From: Microbotryum violaceum
Lineage: Eukaryota
DNA length: 64,000 nucleotides
NCBI GenBank assembly: GCA_001244265.2
Contig: LN717261.1
Span: forward strand, 2,495,591-2,559,590
Reading direction: 5' to 3'
Within the stretch, counting starts at the first letter, position 1, and each line of letters begins with the position of its first letter. A program made the position numbers and the translations under genes. The notes under the pieces were generated by a model. It saw only the letters and a list, made by a program, of their open reading frames with translations, did not search any database and had not been told where the DNA came from. Below, in pieces: positions 1-33,900 of the stretch.

Positions 1-463
1 ATTTCCCACAACAGTTCCGACCATTCACACCGCTGCGCTCCTTTCATTCCCCTTCATCCCTTCGTCCGCGCATCCGGCCCGGTCTTCCACTCAAATCCCG
101 CCACATGATTCGTCGCCAACATTCAAGTCCGAGTCACCGAAGTACTGAGTTTATCCGGGACCGCTTAACCGCTGAGAAATCTGCCAAAACCGGCGTTTGG
201 TAGGTCCCTGCCCGTACTAGTGGAAATTGAAACGACTCTCGACTTGGCCCTCGAAACTGTCAGAGTGTATATTGCTGTTTCTTCCCACTTCTATTACCGA
301 TCATGATTAGTTACTAGTTGTTGATATTAGTCGCCTCGCGCGGCTATTGCTTGCCTCGCGCGCTCCTACTCTGCGCTTCTCTTCTTTCTCCAACTGTCTT
401 TACTATCATCCTCGGCTCTCGTACTAAACGTATCTCGTGCCTCGGCTTTAGGTTCTAATAGAA

Positions 464-529
464 ACGACTTCGGAACTCGACCCTGCTTCGACCGACACGA
501 CTTCGGAACTCGATCCTGCTTCGACCGAA
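464..529. repeat. Two-copy 33-bp tandem repeat
   Basis: acgacttcggaactcga(c/t)cctgcttcgaccga starts at 464 and again at 497. Confidence 0.8.
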
Positions 530-618
530 ACAATTTCGCTACAACCGCTGCTTCCGACGGAATTCCAAGTACCACAGACCCCCGCTAAAACCGGAATGAC
601 TCCTGACGGGGCCCGCTA

Positions 619-4556
<3,938 letters not shown>

Positions 4557-4561
4557 CTTCT

Positions 4562-9746
<5,185 letters not shown>

Positions 9747-9751
9747 CTTCT

Positions 9752-10501
9752 CCTGCCGGCAACCACGAGGAACAGATCCGGCTTGATCAGACACGTGTAT
9801 CCCTCCCCGCCTTCGAACTCAACGACACGTCAATTGGCACAAAAATCGAATATTTTCAAAATTGAGCAATTCTGGCGCCCAAGAACTCGCAGGTGGATCA
9901 AATAAACGACATGGTGCTCAACCTGCTGCCGGGAGAACCTCAGACGTTCTACAGCGCGGATTCAGTCGAAAACGAAGACGAATCACTATTCTCGATTGAG
10001 TATCTTCAGAGCCTCAACATTCCCGGGATGGCGTTGCACGCTGCCAAGTCCAAATTGGGATGTCCCGTTATTCTCCTCAGAAACTTGGACCCCGCCACGG
10101 GGCTGTGCAACGGCACCAGGCTGTTGTTAACTCGGTTACACACCCGCGTCCTTGAAGCCATCATTCTCACAGGAGATCATGCTGGACAACCCGTTTTGTT
10201 GCCACGGATCATGCTGAAGACAGGGTCGTCGGCTGAGCTTCCGTTCACTCTGCACCGGACGCAGTTTCCGATTCGGCTCGCAATGGCTATGACAATCAAC
10301 AAGTCACAAGGCCAGTCACTCGCGCAGGTGGGAGTCTGTCTGGAGATGCCCGTCTTTTCTCATGGCCAGTTGTACATCGCGTTGTCTCAAGCAACGAATG
10401 TGGATGGTGTCAGAGTTTTGCTTCATTAGACAGAGAAAGAAGAAGCAGACAATGTAACAGAAAACATCGTCTTTAGAATGGTTTTTGAGTTGATGAAATG
10501 A
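9752..10501 (+). pseudogene. Helitron RepHel, part 2 (C-terminal PIF1 helicase)
   Basis: Motifs RNLDPATGLCNGTRL, QFPIRLAMAMTINKSQGQSL and HGQLYIALS. It resumes exactly after the copia TSD; premature stops present. Confidence 0.93.
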
Positions 10502-10930
10502 AGAGTTATGTCAAAGCTCCATAGTGAAGCTCCGCCAATTCCAATTCCAATTAACTGGGGAGGGATAGATGTCCGGGTGACTCCTGACTGCTGGGAGCGC
10601 TGGAAATGATGGCACCTTGACTAATTCCCCAACGGCCACAGTGGCTGTGGCCTGACTGGGCGGATCATGGAAGCTTGGCAAACGTGATGAATGGTGTCCG
10701 CCAGTGCGCCAATTCCGCCGTTAGGCGCCCCGCCAGCGTGTCATGGCTTGCCGACACTGGCCTTCACTCCACTTCGTTCCGCGACCTTCCGCGACATTTT
10801 AAGAGCCCGATTTAAATTGACGGGCAGACTCCTCCATCTCTCTCCCTCCTACTCTTCACACCCCCTTCGCACCTCCTCCCATCGTACATGATGAAAAAAG
10901 CGGAAACACAACCCACTTACAACAGCGCCG

Positions 10931-12163
10931 ATGCGCAGCGAAGACCTCTCAATTGATGTCGTTGATCGACTTGCCGCGATGTGGGCAGAACAAGGCACCA
11001 CCCTTTCCTCCTTGAACACCAACAACTTCGAAATTTTCAAGTTACCCGACGGTAACTATGGCCATGCGGTCCTGGCCCAGGACACGGCTCAAGTAATCGT
11101 CACAATGTTTGGGAAGATCGTGTCAATTGATCCCTCAACAGGGATGCCACCGGTGTAGTAAGTGACGCAAACGGCAAATTGTTTAGGGGAGCAGACCATT
11201 GATATACCTTGATGTTAACCAACTGCCCATTCAGCCTCAGAGATGCGGACATCAAACGGGTGGGCCGACCGGAACTGTTCTTTCGACAAATCGGTCTCGA
11301 GCTCGCAACACCCGAAGCCGTTGTCGTCGACGCTCTGCAACACATACGGGAGAAATTCGCTAAGGAAATGGCTCCCGCATGCAGCATAGCGACAGATTCG
11401 TGTAGGTAACTCCATTAACCGTGCTCTACGTCTGGGATTATTGAAGAGCTAATGGAAGACTACCAAGCAGCAATTCCCTTCAATACATCATCTTTGAATG
11501 TCAACCCTCATATTGTCTTTCTTCACCATCAACTGGTGACACTACATGCGTGAGTCATCTTTGACATGGCTGTGCAGTCTTAAGCATGACATGAGCTGAT
11601 ATGAAAAACAGACATTGGACGTCTGTGACAGGAGGTGACCCTCCCCGAAAAGGGGGGGCACCCACCGTTGCCAACTTGGGAGAACAACATCGATGGAAGC
11701 AAGTATCACAGCTTCTACAAAAATGCTGCCGAAGGCATTTACAATGGGCGAAAAGTAGCAAAGTCCTATGCTACACCGCTACCCGTCAACGTTGACGGCC
11801 ATGCTGATCTGTACACACACACCATCCTAAAGGTGGGGGATGTCTGTTCAGTCATGTGCTCGATACAAGGCAGAGCGTGGAAGTCAAAGGCCACGGGAAA
11901 ATACAGCGGAAGGATTGACTTCATACCGCTGAGAATCCGGGTCCATGGGACACTAAATGTTAGTCTTCACTGCCATGGCTACAGATAGACAACAGCAAGA
12001 ATACTGATAATTGTGTCACGCGTCTGACTCGATGAATTGCGGCTCACCATTACGTGGCAGCTTGCAAGTCAAGCTTGCAACACCCCTGAAAAGGTCCACA
12101 CTCGACGCAGGTCTCGACAACATTCTGAGCCCATCATCGGGCTCCCGGAAAACAAAAAAGTAG
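10931..12163 (+). pseudogene. Second, multi-exon gene inside the Helitron; possible OB-fold ssDNA-binding-like protein
   Basis: ORF pieces 10931-11158, 11235-11405 and 11635-11958 are separated by GT...AG intron-like gaps and lie upstream of the Helitron 3' end. Segment LKVGDVCSVMCSIQGRAWKSKATGKYSGRIDFIPLRI resembles SSB-like beta-strands. Boundaries approximate. Confidence 0.5.
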
Positions 12164-12296
12164 CTCAATGATGGAATGAAGACTGTGTACATTTGATTGT
12201 CGCGCGCGGACTTCTCCGTTTCCGTTACAACAGTAGCGCAGCTGTTGCAGCAAAGTACATCACATTGCAGGTGAACGGTTACGGTGCCGAACCTAG

Positions 12297-13838
<1,542 letters not shown>

Positions 13839-13841
13839 TAG

Positions 13842-15279
<1,438 letters not shown>

Positions 15280-15329
15280 AACCGTTCCCACAAGCCTCGT
15301 CGCCTCCAAGTCCTCGATATTCGCAATAA

Positions 15330-15476
<147 letters not shown>

Positions 15477-15477
15477 T

Positions 15478-23875
<8,398 letters not shown>

Positions 23876-23886
23876 ACCCGGGGTGA

Positions 23887-24078
<192 letters not shown>

Positions 24079-24121
24079 TAGAAATCGCTCTTGTCTTCCT
24101 TCTGCAATCTTGATCTCATAG

Positions 24122-24370
<249 letters not shown>

Positions 24371-24613
24371 TAGCACCTGCCCAAGATCCGATTGTAAAAC
24401 ATCCTCAACCGAGTGTCGTACATTGCAGTAGTCACTGTGCTGCGACGTAAGAAGGAAATGCGCCTCTTGCGCCTACGGACAGAGTGGGACTTAGACAAAT
24501 TTTTGGGAGCAAGGCGCGAGTTGGCGCGCCGCGCGCGGCGACTCAACTGGTGCGAACCGGGCCTTCGCGAGGACGTGGGCGCAAGCGCCGTCACGGCCAA
24601 GTGACTCACATTA

Positions 24614-26731
24614 GGCCAAGGACCCCCGAAAGCCCAGCCGGAGGCGCATTTTTTTTTTTGACATTTTTTGGACCCAAAATCCTGAAAATCATTGAGGCGC
24701 ATTGCAAAATATTGACATTTTGGGACGAAACACAACACGTTTCGTCCCCGAGGCGCATGTCTAGATTTTGACATTTTCCCGTGAGTTGGCCCAATTTTGG
24801 CCTACCCTGAGCAGCCTACGGCATGACATTGGGCCCGTTTGCCTTCGCTTCGAGACGCGTTTCGCGATGCTCGCGCTTGAACAAGTCACTTAGTACTAGC
24901 CATCTTCGGTAATCACTTGAGTTAAGTGGCTGTGAGGGATTAGGCCGATTAGATATTGAAAGGGCGCAGGTTCCGTTCCGCTTCACTTCGGTCCGAGATT
25001 GGAGCATAGCACAACAACATCATCCCATGCAGGCCTTGAACGATGCTTTCGATTGATCATTGCCACTCACCAACATGAACATGACGATCGCCGAGCTCCT
25101 CGCCTTCGATGTCGCTCCCGCCGACGCGTCTCTTCACATCGAGTTGTCCAAAGACGAGCTCACCCACTACTCGACCTTATCATCTACTCGAGGCCGTTGA
25201 GAAGGCAAAACAGCTTCTCACGACGACCAATCGTGCGTCCACCAAGCTCAACTATCGAAATTTTGGTCGAAGCTAACGCGTGTTTGGTTCTACATAGCCC
25301 ACACAATTGAAACTTCCGCCTCAAGTTGTCGATGCTCGCGATACCAATTTCTCGCTGAACTGGCCAACCTGATTCAATTGCCCATCAAGGTGCTCATAAG
25401 TGTAGCCACCTCAAGCTGTTCTACTCAAGGGAGGCCGATGGAAGCGAGCAACCCAACTCGCGGAGAGGCAGGCGTAGGGGTTAGCAATACCGAGGAAGGA
25501 CGCAGTACAGCACATTCATGCGTCTTGAAAGGGTTGGTACAGTCCATGGGACCATCTCGCTGCGAAGACATGGCGGGCACGACGAGGAGCTTTTGCTGGA
25601 CTGGAGGTGACCAGATGGCCCGAGCGCTCACAACACACGAGGATCCAGAAGAATGTCTATACTGAGGATGGCCGCATTCAAGTGAGTTGTCGCTGAATTT
25701 AGGAACGAAGGCAACTGGATCTAATGTTTTGCCGGTCCTATACTTCTAGGAAAAGCTCCCTGAGAGAGACAAGCAGTATGGAGCGCTAGCACAACGCTAC
25801 CCTCATTTTGGATCGCTTGACGGAGCTGTAACCGCTGCCACACCATTGGAGATTGTATCTCTGATCTGCTTTGGCCTCAAGTGTGGCATGCATTCACTCA
25901 GCTGCGATCAAACTGTTTATGGAGAAGAAGCGCTGTCTATCGGAATTGGTACGCGCGTTATTTTGAGTAGCAGTTGAGAAAGTTCTCGTTTGACACAAGT
26001 ATTGTGTCCTACAGTGCGACACATCTACAGCAGAGTGGAACCAAACCACTGCAACCAAGACACGCTCGCCTCGCTGGTTCTACTCTCAAATATCGTTGTA
26101 CAGGAGCTTCGCCTCATCAAGAAAACATGCTATTCCACACACCTCATTGATGGCACTATGCCGTTCCGCATGATTGATGGTCGACAGGTCATCGAGACAT
26201 TCGGCCCGTCAACGACTACATATCGTTCAACCACGGACTTTACCTCATGTTACCCGGATGAGCGCCTAATCAGCACGAGCGCACATGCCGAGCAAAGATT
26301 TGCCGCCCTTCGGAGCGTGCCCTGCCTGCGAGATGCCGCCGGCAGAACCTCTACAAGCCGCACAAATGCCACCGCGGAAACAAGGAGCTCAATTTCAGCA
26401 AAAAGGAAGTCTGAGAACGAAGCAGCGAGCCAGCCATCAAAGCAAGGAAGGCTTGTTCGAAGCCTGGAGCCACGCGCAACACCAGCCGAAGCGACGCCGC
26501 AAGCTATTTTCGATTGGCTGCCGCGCGCCCGCAAACGCTCGGAACGCGTTTTCGAGGAATTTTAAGCGTTTTTTTGGAGCATGTAGAACACATTTTGATA
26601 ATATTTCCGAGACGCATGCGAAATCTTGACATTTTGGGGCCAAAATACGGTAAAAAACTTTGACAAAAAGGCCAAAAAAGGGCGTTTTTCCGCATGCGCC
26701 TCTGGCTGGGCTTTCGGGGTTCCTTTAGGCC
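24614..26731. mobile_element. Degenerate TIR-bounded DNA transposon relic
   Basis: ~36-bp imperfect inverted repeats (ggccaaggacccccgaaagcccagccggaggcgcat / atgcgcctctggctgggctttcggggttcctttaggcc). Subterminal motifs ttgacatttt and gaggcgcat recur. No TSD or transposase recognised. Confidence 0.55.
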
Positions 26732-27624
26732 ACGGCCGCCTGTTGTTTACCAAGTCCACACGCCGTCGCGAGCCTCCTTTTCCTTCCTCCCACTCACTGC
26801 CACCGCTTCTTCCCTTTTGCCTCCACCATCACCTTTCAATCCGCCCCTGGCTATTTCCGAGTGAGTCGACCGTATGGCACAGTCATTGAAAGCTATGGCT
26901 GAAGCGTTACAAGCCGCCGCCAGCAACCAGCGGGACCAACGCGCGGTCAAACAAACACGAAGCAGACTGAGGCGCATGTCACATCTTGGCAACGCTGACC
27001 ATCTTCGAAGGGGTTCTTGGAACTTCATTTTGGCCACATTTTTAGGGTGATCTTGAAGAAGTTATACTGTTGTCCAGAGCAGGAAGTGGCTGGTAAGTAT
27101 TTGCATTACTGCAGAGAGATTTCCAGTTTGGCCGGAAGTCAGACGACCTGTCAAACTAACTGTTGAACAATCTCGTCGCCGTGTTCGCAGCTTGCGCTAA
27201 GAGCCAAAAGGTGGCCTCCTTCAATACGGCGCAGCCGGACAACCAACCCCTGGCTTTTGGTCTAGTATCTTACGCTTAAAGGTGTGGTGAGTCGAGAGAT
27301 TTTCCGCGGATATCGTTTTCATCCCTGTAACATTCGACCTAACGTTAGTCTACTGGTCCCATCAATAGGCTCGTGTGTCTGTTGAAAAGGTGATGCCCCC
27401 GATTGCGGAGTTCTCAGGTGAGTCTCAATCACCAGATGTTGCGACATACACGAGTTGTTTTCCCGGGGGAGGGGGGGGGGGGGGGGGTATGCTTCCGTTT
27501 TCAGGTGGCAAAGCAGTGGCCAAAGACTCGCTCGAGGCAGGCCTGGTACTTAGGCACAGGGCACAGTTGGTGCCAAATGATACGTAAGAGGACTCAGAAT
27601 AGATTGTTTGGCTGGCAGTAGCCT

Positions 27625-27802
27625 AGTACTTAGCACTGTGATCATGAGTGGAATGCAAGCATGTACCAGTACTACCAGGCATCGATTGCTCAAGCGCGCT
27701 TATACACAGAATAGCACTGAAATCAGGTTGTTGTTGCAAAAGCACTAAGTGCACTAGATGGCACGGAAGCCACTAAATGGTACAAAGTGCACGAAATGTC
27801 AC
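27625..27802. repeat. ~180-bp direct repeat, copy 1 (copy 2 at 35088-35267); possible LTR of copia C
   Basis: agtacttagcactgtgat...aaagtgcac is near-identical in both copies and contains internal gcacta motifs. Confidence 0.75.
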
Positions 27803-28249
27803 TAAAGCGCGAGTGGCAAAGTTGCTGATGAGGCTCTTTGCTGGAATCATGTTCCGCAACATTGGAATCGACTGGGTGCTTAGTGTCCAGGAAACATACT
27901 TATTTGCTCATCGTCGCGCTGGCATCTGACCATCACGCGCGCGCTTCCCACCTTCCGTCTATCATAGGGATGCTCACTGCTCGGATTTGTCTCGCTTCTG
28001 ATGATTCACATCCCTTTCGTCCTGTACAAGTTCGGCCCCCAGCTCCATAAACGCTCCAAAATAGCGGACTGAATAAGACCGTGATCTCGCGCACCAGCCG
28101 TATCAAAGGGTGCGCTTCAATGACTTTTAGCGGCTCGCAGTAGGAACTTGTTCTGTCTGTCAAACCCTCAGAGTATGAATGTACGAATCGATCTGCGATG
28201 TCCTATACTTATCCACCCGCCCAAAGGTATGGAGAAGGGACCATAATGC

Positions 28250-30946
28250 AATTAGAGCCTCCAACGGGTACGCTTCCTCGAGCTTGAGTGAGTCCGCGGG
28301 GGAGAGGCGAGTTGAAGCGAGGCCGTCGATGACCGCCTTCAGGACCGCGTCATCGATGGGGCGGTCCTCATAGACCCACTCGAAGTAGTCGCTGGCCGCT
28401 CCAAGCATCGAATCAGGGTCGGAATGAACAACATCGTTGACCGTGAGCGAAGGGATCAGGTCGGATGCTCGCACTTTGCGCAGGCGGATGAAGATGGAAG
28501 AGGGACCCGCCAGAGATGGGTCGAGGCGGGACCGCAGGGCCGCGCCGAGCGAAAGTCCGGGCCAGAGCCTGCAGCTCGGGCAGCAGGCGGTGTTTGGTGG
28601 ACGTCCAAGCTGCTGGTGGATCGTTGGGCGTCTGGAGGAGGGCTTTGTTGTAAAGGGTGCGGACAATGGAGGTGAGGTACTCGCAGGTTGCGTTGCCCTC
28701 GATCACGTGCAAACCCAGCTTGAATTTGCCCGGACCAATGTCGATTGCGCCCGGCACTTGGAACCGTGCCACAACCATTGAGTGCGTCGATTTGAGGACA
28801 GGAGCCCAGATTTTGTGATCATGGAAGAGGTTGACCCAATCAGGCGAGACATAGATGCGGTCAAGGCGACGGCACGTGCCGGGCGCTGAGCGATTCGTCG
28901 TGGCTCGTCCTTTGGGATGATGGAGCCGATAGGCGTCGAAAAGATTGTTGGCCGTGGCAAGGTCGCGCATCTCCTGACCCCCATAATTCGCTCCGTTTTG
29001 GTTCTCCGAATCGAGGGGCTGGGACTCAACACAATTCCGGTCCCCCCGGCTAGGAGCGCAGGCGGCGAGGGTGCGTCACATACAACTTGTCGGAGGGCGG
29101 TGCTGAGGTGTGAGAGGAAGCGTTTTTTGTCTGGCTTGTCGGAGGAAGGCGCGTATATTGATACAACCCGGACTTTTGAATCACCCACACAAAAGGTGGC
29201 GTCGGTGACTCGGTCCGGGAAAGAGAAAGAGGCACGAAGAGTGTTTGGAGGCGACTCGGGATCAAAAGTAATGACCACGGAGTCGCACTTCCAAAGTATG
29301 GCAGTGTTGTTGAAAGGAGTGAAAAGAGCGGAGAGCTTTAAGTCTTGGCACTCCTGAGTCCACTGGGCCACCCTTTTGGGGAAGGTCGGCCAGTTTCGCT
29401 CAGGAGAAAGACGTCGGCGTTATGGGAGCGGAGATTGGAGAAAAGAGAGGCACGCTTACGGTCTTCATTGGTTGACTGCACGTTGGCAGCAACAAAAGAC
29501 ATGTTTGGAATTTTAGTTGTGCTCATCATCTTGGTCCATAGCGTCTTCCACGTCCTTAGGAGGTGCTTCTTGGTCTTTGGCTTCTTTGTCGGCCTCGTCG
29601 TCGGTGTCGGTGTCATCGAGTCGGGCTTTGGGCACGGCTGAGGGCAACGGCGTGGGCAAAGACGGCTCAGGGATTGGCTCGGAGGCTTCAAGGGCAGGCG
29701 CAGTGGGAGGGGCTTCACGAGTGGCTGGCTTGGAGAGGGCGGCAATTGACTTGGATCAAGTTATGATCGACTTTGGCGTGGCCGGAGGAGGGCTTGGGGA
29801 TGGAGAAGTGGTCTCTGAGCTGGGGGACTCGAAGAAGTTTTCAAAGAGGGAGTAGGCAATTCCCTGATTGGAGGCAGGCTGGGGGGCAGGAGGAGTGACA
29901 GTTTTGCAAGGGAAATTGAAGGAGAACTTGGGGCGGGCATTCTTTGACAGAGAATCAGGCTGAGCTCTGTTGGGCAGACCTTCAGTCTGGGCTGCCAGAT
30001 CCTGTTCCACTTGACGTTTGTTGGTCATGCGGTTGTGGGCGGAGGCCGGGGAGATCGACTTGGACACGGCGGCGGGGGCGGCGGTGGTAGCAGTGGAGGC
30101 TTGCGGGGCATGTGACATGGGGGGTCCCTGGGGGCTCAACGCATGACGGGCCGGGCAGTGCTGGGTGGTGTGCAAGGTGCTTGCGCAGGACTTGCACACC
30201 GGGGCGACGGGGCAATCCTTACGGACGTGAGCCGCGGAATGGCAGAAGACGCAGTGGCGCATGCCACCGGTGATCCTCAGTGGGATTCGCTCAGTGACAC
30301 CATCACGAGCAATAGAAAGTGAGGCAGGGGGCAAAACATCTACATCCTTAAGGGTAAGGATAAAGTTGTACACCCCAGAGATGTGTTTTGTCTTTCCAAT
30401 GTATTGGATGCAATGACGGAGGACCGTGCCATAGGCAGCGATCTGCTCATCGAATAGGCAGAGGCCCTGGGGGTCGGAGAAAAAGCCCATAAGGGTGCAT
30501 TGTACAACACCTCCTCTAGTAGAGCTGTACAGCTTCTCGACTTTGCACCGAGTCTTGCCAACAATGAGGCCATTGGCCACCAGGGTGTCGAGATCGGCGG
30601 CCTTGGGAAAGCGGAGGCCGCGCTGACCCTTGATGACGCATGGTATTGCGCCGGTAAGGCCAGGGTAGTATTTGTCAAGCGCAAGGAGGACTTGCTCAAC
30701 CGAGGTTGAGGGTGGGGTGTTGATGATGACACAATTCTCAATGTTGTGCATCAGTGGATGGGCGGCAACGGCAGTCAAGGCGTTGGCAGTGGCGTTTCCG
30801 TGCTTCGCAGCGGAGCGGGCGCCGACCGGGGCGGAGTATGATTTGGTGGTGGTGGCGGGGGCTTGGCCGGGAGGATTGGGAGGGTCAGGGCGAAGAGGTG
30901 GTATAGCAGCATGGCTGGCGTTGTTGGTGTTGTTGTTGTTGTCCAT
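28250..30946 (-). mobile_element. L1/Tx1-like non-LTR retrotransposon, 3'-truncated (ORF1 plus APE endonuclease)
   Basis: ORF1 has tandem knuckles CVFCHSAAHVRKDC and CKSCASTLHTTQHC. ORF2 from ATG 29502 has APE motifs ANVQS, FLLSET, VVSIYAP, DAYRLHHP and RLDRIYVS. It ends before RT and is frameshifted. Confidence 0.85.
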
Positions 30947-30975
30947 CCAATAGGAGTTTCTTTGTTACGTCGGTG

Positions 30976-33900
30976 TTAGGCGTGTAACGAAGACCGTACA
31001 AGACTGTTCCTCAAATGTAGCGCAGAACGTGTTTCATCGCGGTCCAGTGCATCGGTCCGGGCTCCTTGGCAAATTGTGTGAGATAGCTGACAGCGTAGAC
31101 AAGATTGGGACGAGTGCCGAGCGCGGCGTACATCAGGGAGCCGATTGCCTGAAGATAGCGAGTTTGCTCCTGAAGGTGTGGATTGATCGAGCTCGAGGAG
31201 GAGATTCTTCTGCATTGGTGTGCTGGCGGGCTTGGCAAGAGCGAGGTCAAAATGTTCGAGCATGTCCTGTAGGTAGCGCTCCTGAGAGAGGGTAATGGAG
31301 CCGTCATCGCTACATTTGAGTTGAATGCCAAGGACATATTCCGCGTCGCCAAGTCGCTTGATTCCGTACATGTCCTTGAGTGTGGACAGAACTCGTTCGA
31401 TCTCGTCGTCCGAGGGGCCAATGAGGAGCAAGTCGTCGACATAGAGCGCGATGTAGTGCCAATCGTTGCCGTGTCGCTTCGTGTAGACGCAGAGATCCGA
31501 GACCGTGGGCTTGTAGCTGACAGAACGGAGGGTCGAGTCGATCTCGTCGTTCCAGATGCGTCCAGCCTGCTTGAGCCCGCAGATGGATCGTTCGAGCTTG
31601 AGAATCTTACCCGGCAAGTCGATGCCTTGCGGTGGTCGCATGTAGAGAGGCTGGTCGAGCTTCCCGTGCAGATAGGCCTTGTTGACGTCAGCTTGTTTGA
31701 TCTTGTAGCCGCGCAAGACGGCGATCGCGACGAGGGCTCGGATCAATGTAAAGCGAACAACGGGGGAATAACGCTCCTGAAAATCGAGGCCCGGGCGTTG
31801 AGTGCTGCCGTCAGCGACGAGACGAACCTTCCGCGATTTGACGTTGCCAAACTGATCACGCTTGGTGCGAAAGACGAAGTGGGAGCGTAGCAGCTTGGCA
31901 CCGTCGGGCAGGGCGGCTTGGTCAAGAATGACGTAGGCCTTGTACTGGTTCAGCAGCGATGTAAACTCGTCGATGGCTTCGGTTTGCCACTCCGTGGCGT
32001 GTGGAGATCGCATCGCTTGGTGCCAGTGGGCCGGGTCGGCGTCGCGAGAAGGGAGCATGTCGAGTGGGGCTTTGGGTGAGGCGTTGTGGGCGGCGTAGGC
32101 AAGTACCTGAGCTGTGTCGAGCGAGGTGTTGTCGGCGATAGACCGCACCACGTGTGAAAGCAATGCGATTGGGTCCTCGGAATCGTCGTCGCTGTCTGAC
32201 AATGGTGGTGACTCCAAAACGATGTTCCTGAAGGGAGCAACGAGGCCAGAGACGAGGTCGTTGTCAACCGCAGAGTTGTCCGAGGGCAATGAGACGGGGT
32301 GCGTGGGATTAACGCAAACACGGGGCGACGGGCAGGGCGTGTCGCTCACCGAGTTGGAGTCAGACGAGTCGGACAAAAACATATGTTTACCATAAAAAAC
32401 CTGAAGGAGAAGTTCTTGTTTGTGTATTTGAATCTCAAGGAATGGTTGGTCCTATCTTTGGGTTTGGCATGCAGACGATGTGAGCGAGGCCGCGGGCGAC
32501 GGTTCGACGGATATGTTAGGCGACGGTTCGACGGATATGTCAGGCGACGGCGTGGGCGACGCTGAAGTTGGAGGTGTGACAGGAACGGCTGGTACCGAAG
32601 CTGGCGCCAGGACGGGGTGCAGCACGGTCGTAGGGGCGAGTGAGGGCGGTTCGGGCTCGCAGACTTGTCGCGCGGCGGCAGGGAACTCGGTCTCCACGAA
32701 CGTGACGTTGCGACTGATGCGAGTACGCTGGGTGTCAGGATCGTATAATCGATACGCTTTGGCATGTTAGTCATAACCCACAAAGATCAGTGGGATCCCC
32801 TTTGGTTCTAGTTTGGTGCGTTCATGCTGTGGGACGGTGGCCCAGGCGCGGCAGCCGAACGTGCGCAGTCGTGAGAGGTCTTGGGGAATGCCGTGCCAGA
32901 TCGCACCTAGTACACCGCCGTCGATCCCTGCGTGTGGCGTGAGGTTCTTGCAGTCGAGATAGTACTGCGTCGCTTCTTCCCAGAGGTGGGCCGGGAGACC
33001 GGAGTCGTGGAGCAGAGCCAAGACGCCCTCTACGATCGATCGATTAAGTCGCTCGGCGCGCCCGTTCTGTTCGGGCGTGTACGGCACCGACTTGTCGCGA
33101 CGAATCCCTTGCTCGGCGCAAAACTTGTTGAAAGCAGGTCTACTCGCCACCGTTGTCGGAACGCAGTGTTTTGATTGTGGCCCCGGAGGCGTTCTCGACT
33201 TCGGCCTTCCAGCGCTGAAAGGCAGCCAGTGCGTCGCTTTTGCGAAGGAGTGGGAAGGCCCAAGCTTTGCGCGAGAAGTCGTCGATGAAGGTGATCAGGT
33301 AGCATCGGCCGCTCACGGAGGGCTCAGGGAACATGAGTAGGTCCGAGTGAACCAGCCCGAGGGGAAGTGCAGCGTGAGACTCGGACATAGAGAAAGGTAG
33401 TTTGTGCGCCTTGGAAGCCATGCATGCATCACATTTGAAATCATTGCAATCATCGTCGCTATAAGTCCACTCAATACTCTTCACCTGATCGCTTTTGGCC
33501 AGCTTCCTGAGGATGGGAAGAGAGCAGTGACCAAGGCGGCGGTGAAGGGTCAGCAGTGAGACCTTGGGGTACGAGCGGTGATGAGAGCGGTGTGCGTACA
33601 TAGATGGGCATCCAAGTGGAAGAGTCGGTCGGATTTGGCCGAACCCGTGCAGACGCGCTTACCCCCCTGTCCAGCGAGACTCGTCCGTCTTCGGTGAATG
33701 AAGCCGTGATGCCGTCGTTAATGAGCGCGAATACGGAGATGAGATTCGCGGGACAGCCCAGAACGAAGAAGACGTTGGACAGGCGAATGCGATTGCCTGT
33801 TGAAGCGACGAGCTCGATGACACCCGTGCCGTGCGAAGAAAGCGCCCCCCCTACGCCGCCAATCTGCACACGAGGAGTGTTGTGCAGCTCGACGAAGGCA

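Noticed and set aside
27464-27487. Long G homopolymer as a functional G-quadruplex
   Set aside because: Isolated simple tract of unreliable length with no supporting context.
32376-32472. AT-richer ~95-bp patch in the copia C IN-RT linker as a separate element
   Set aside because: No termini, TSD or second copy seen.
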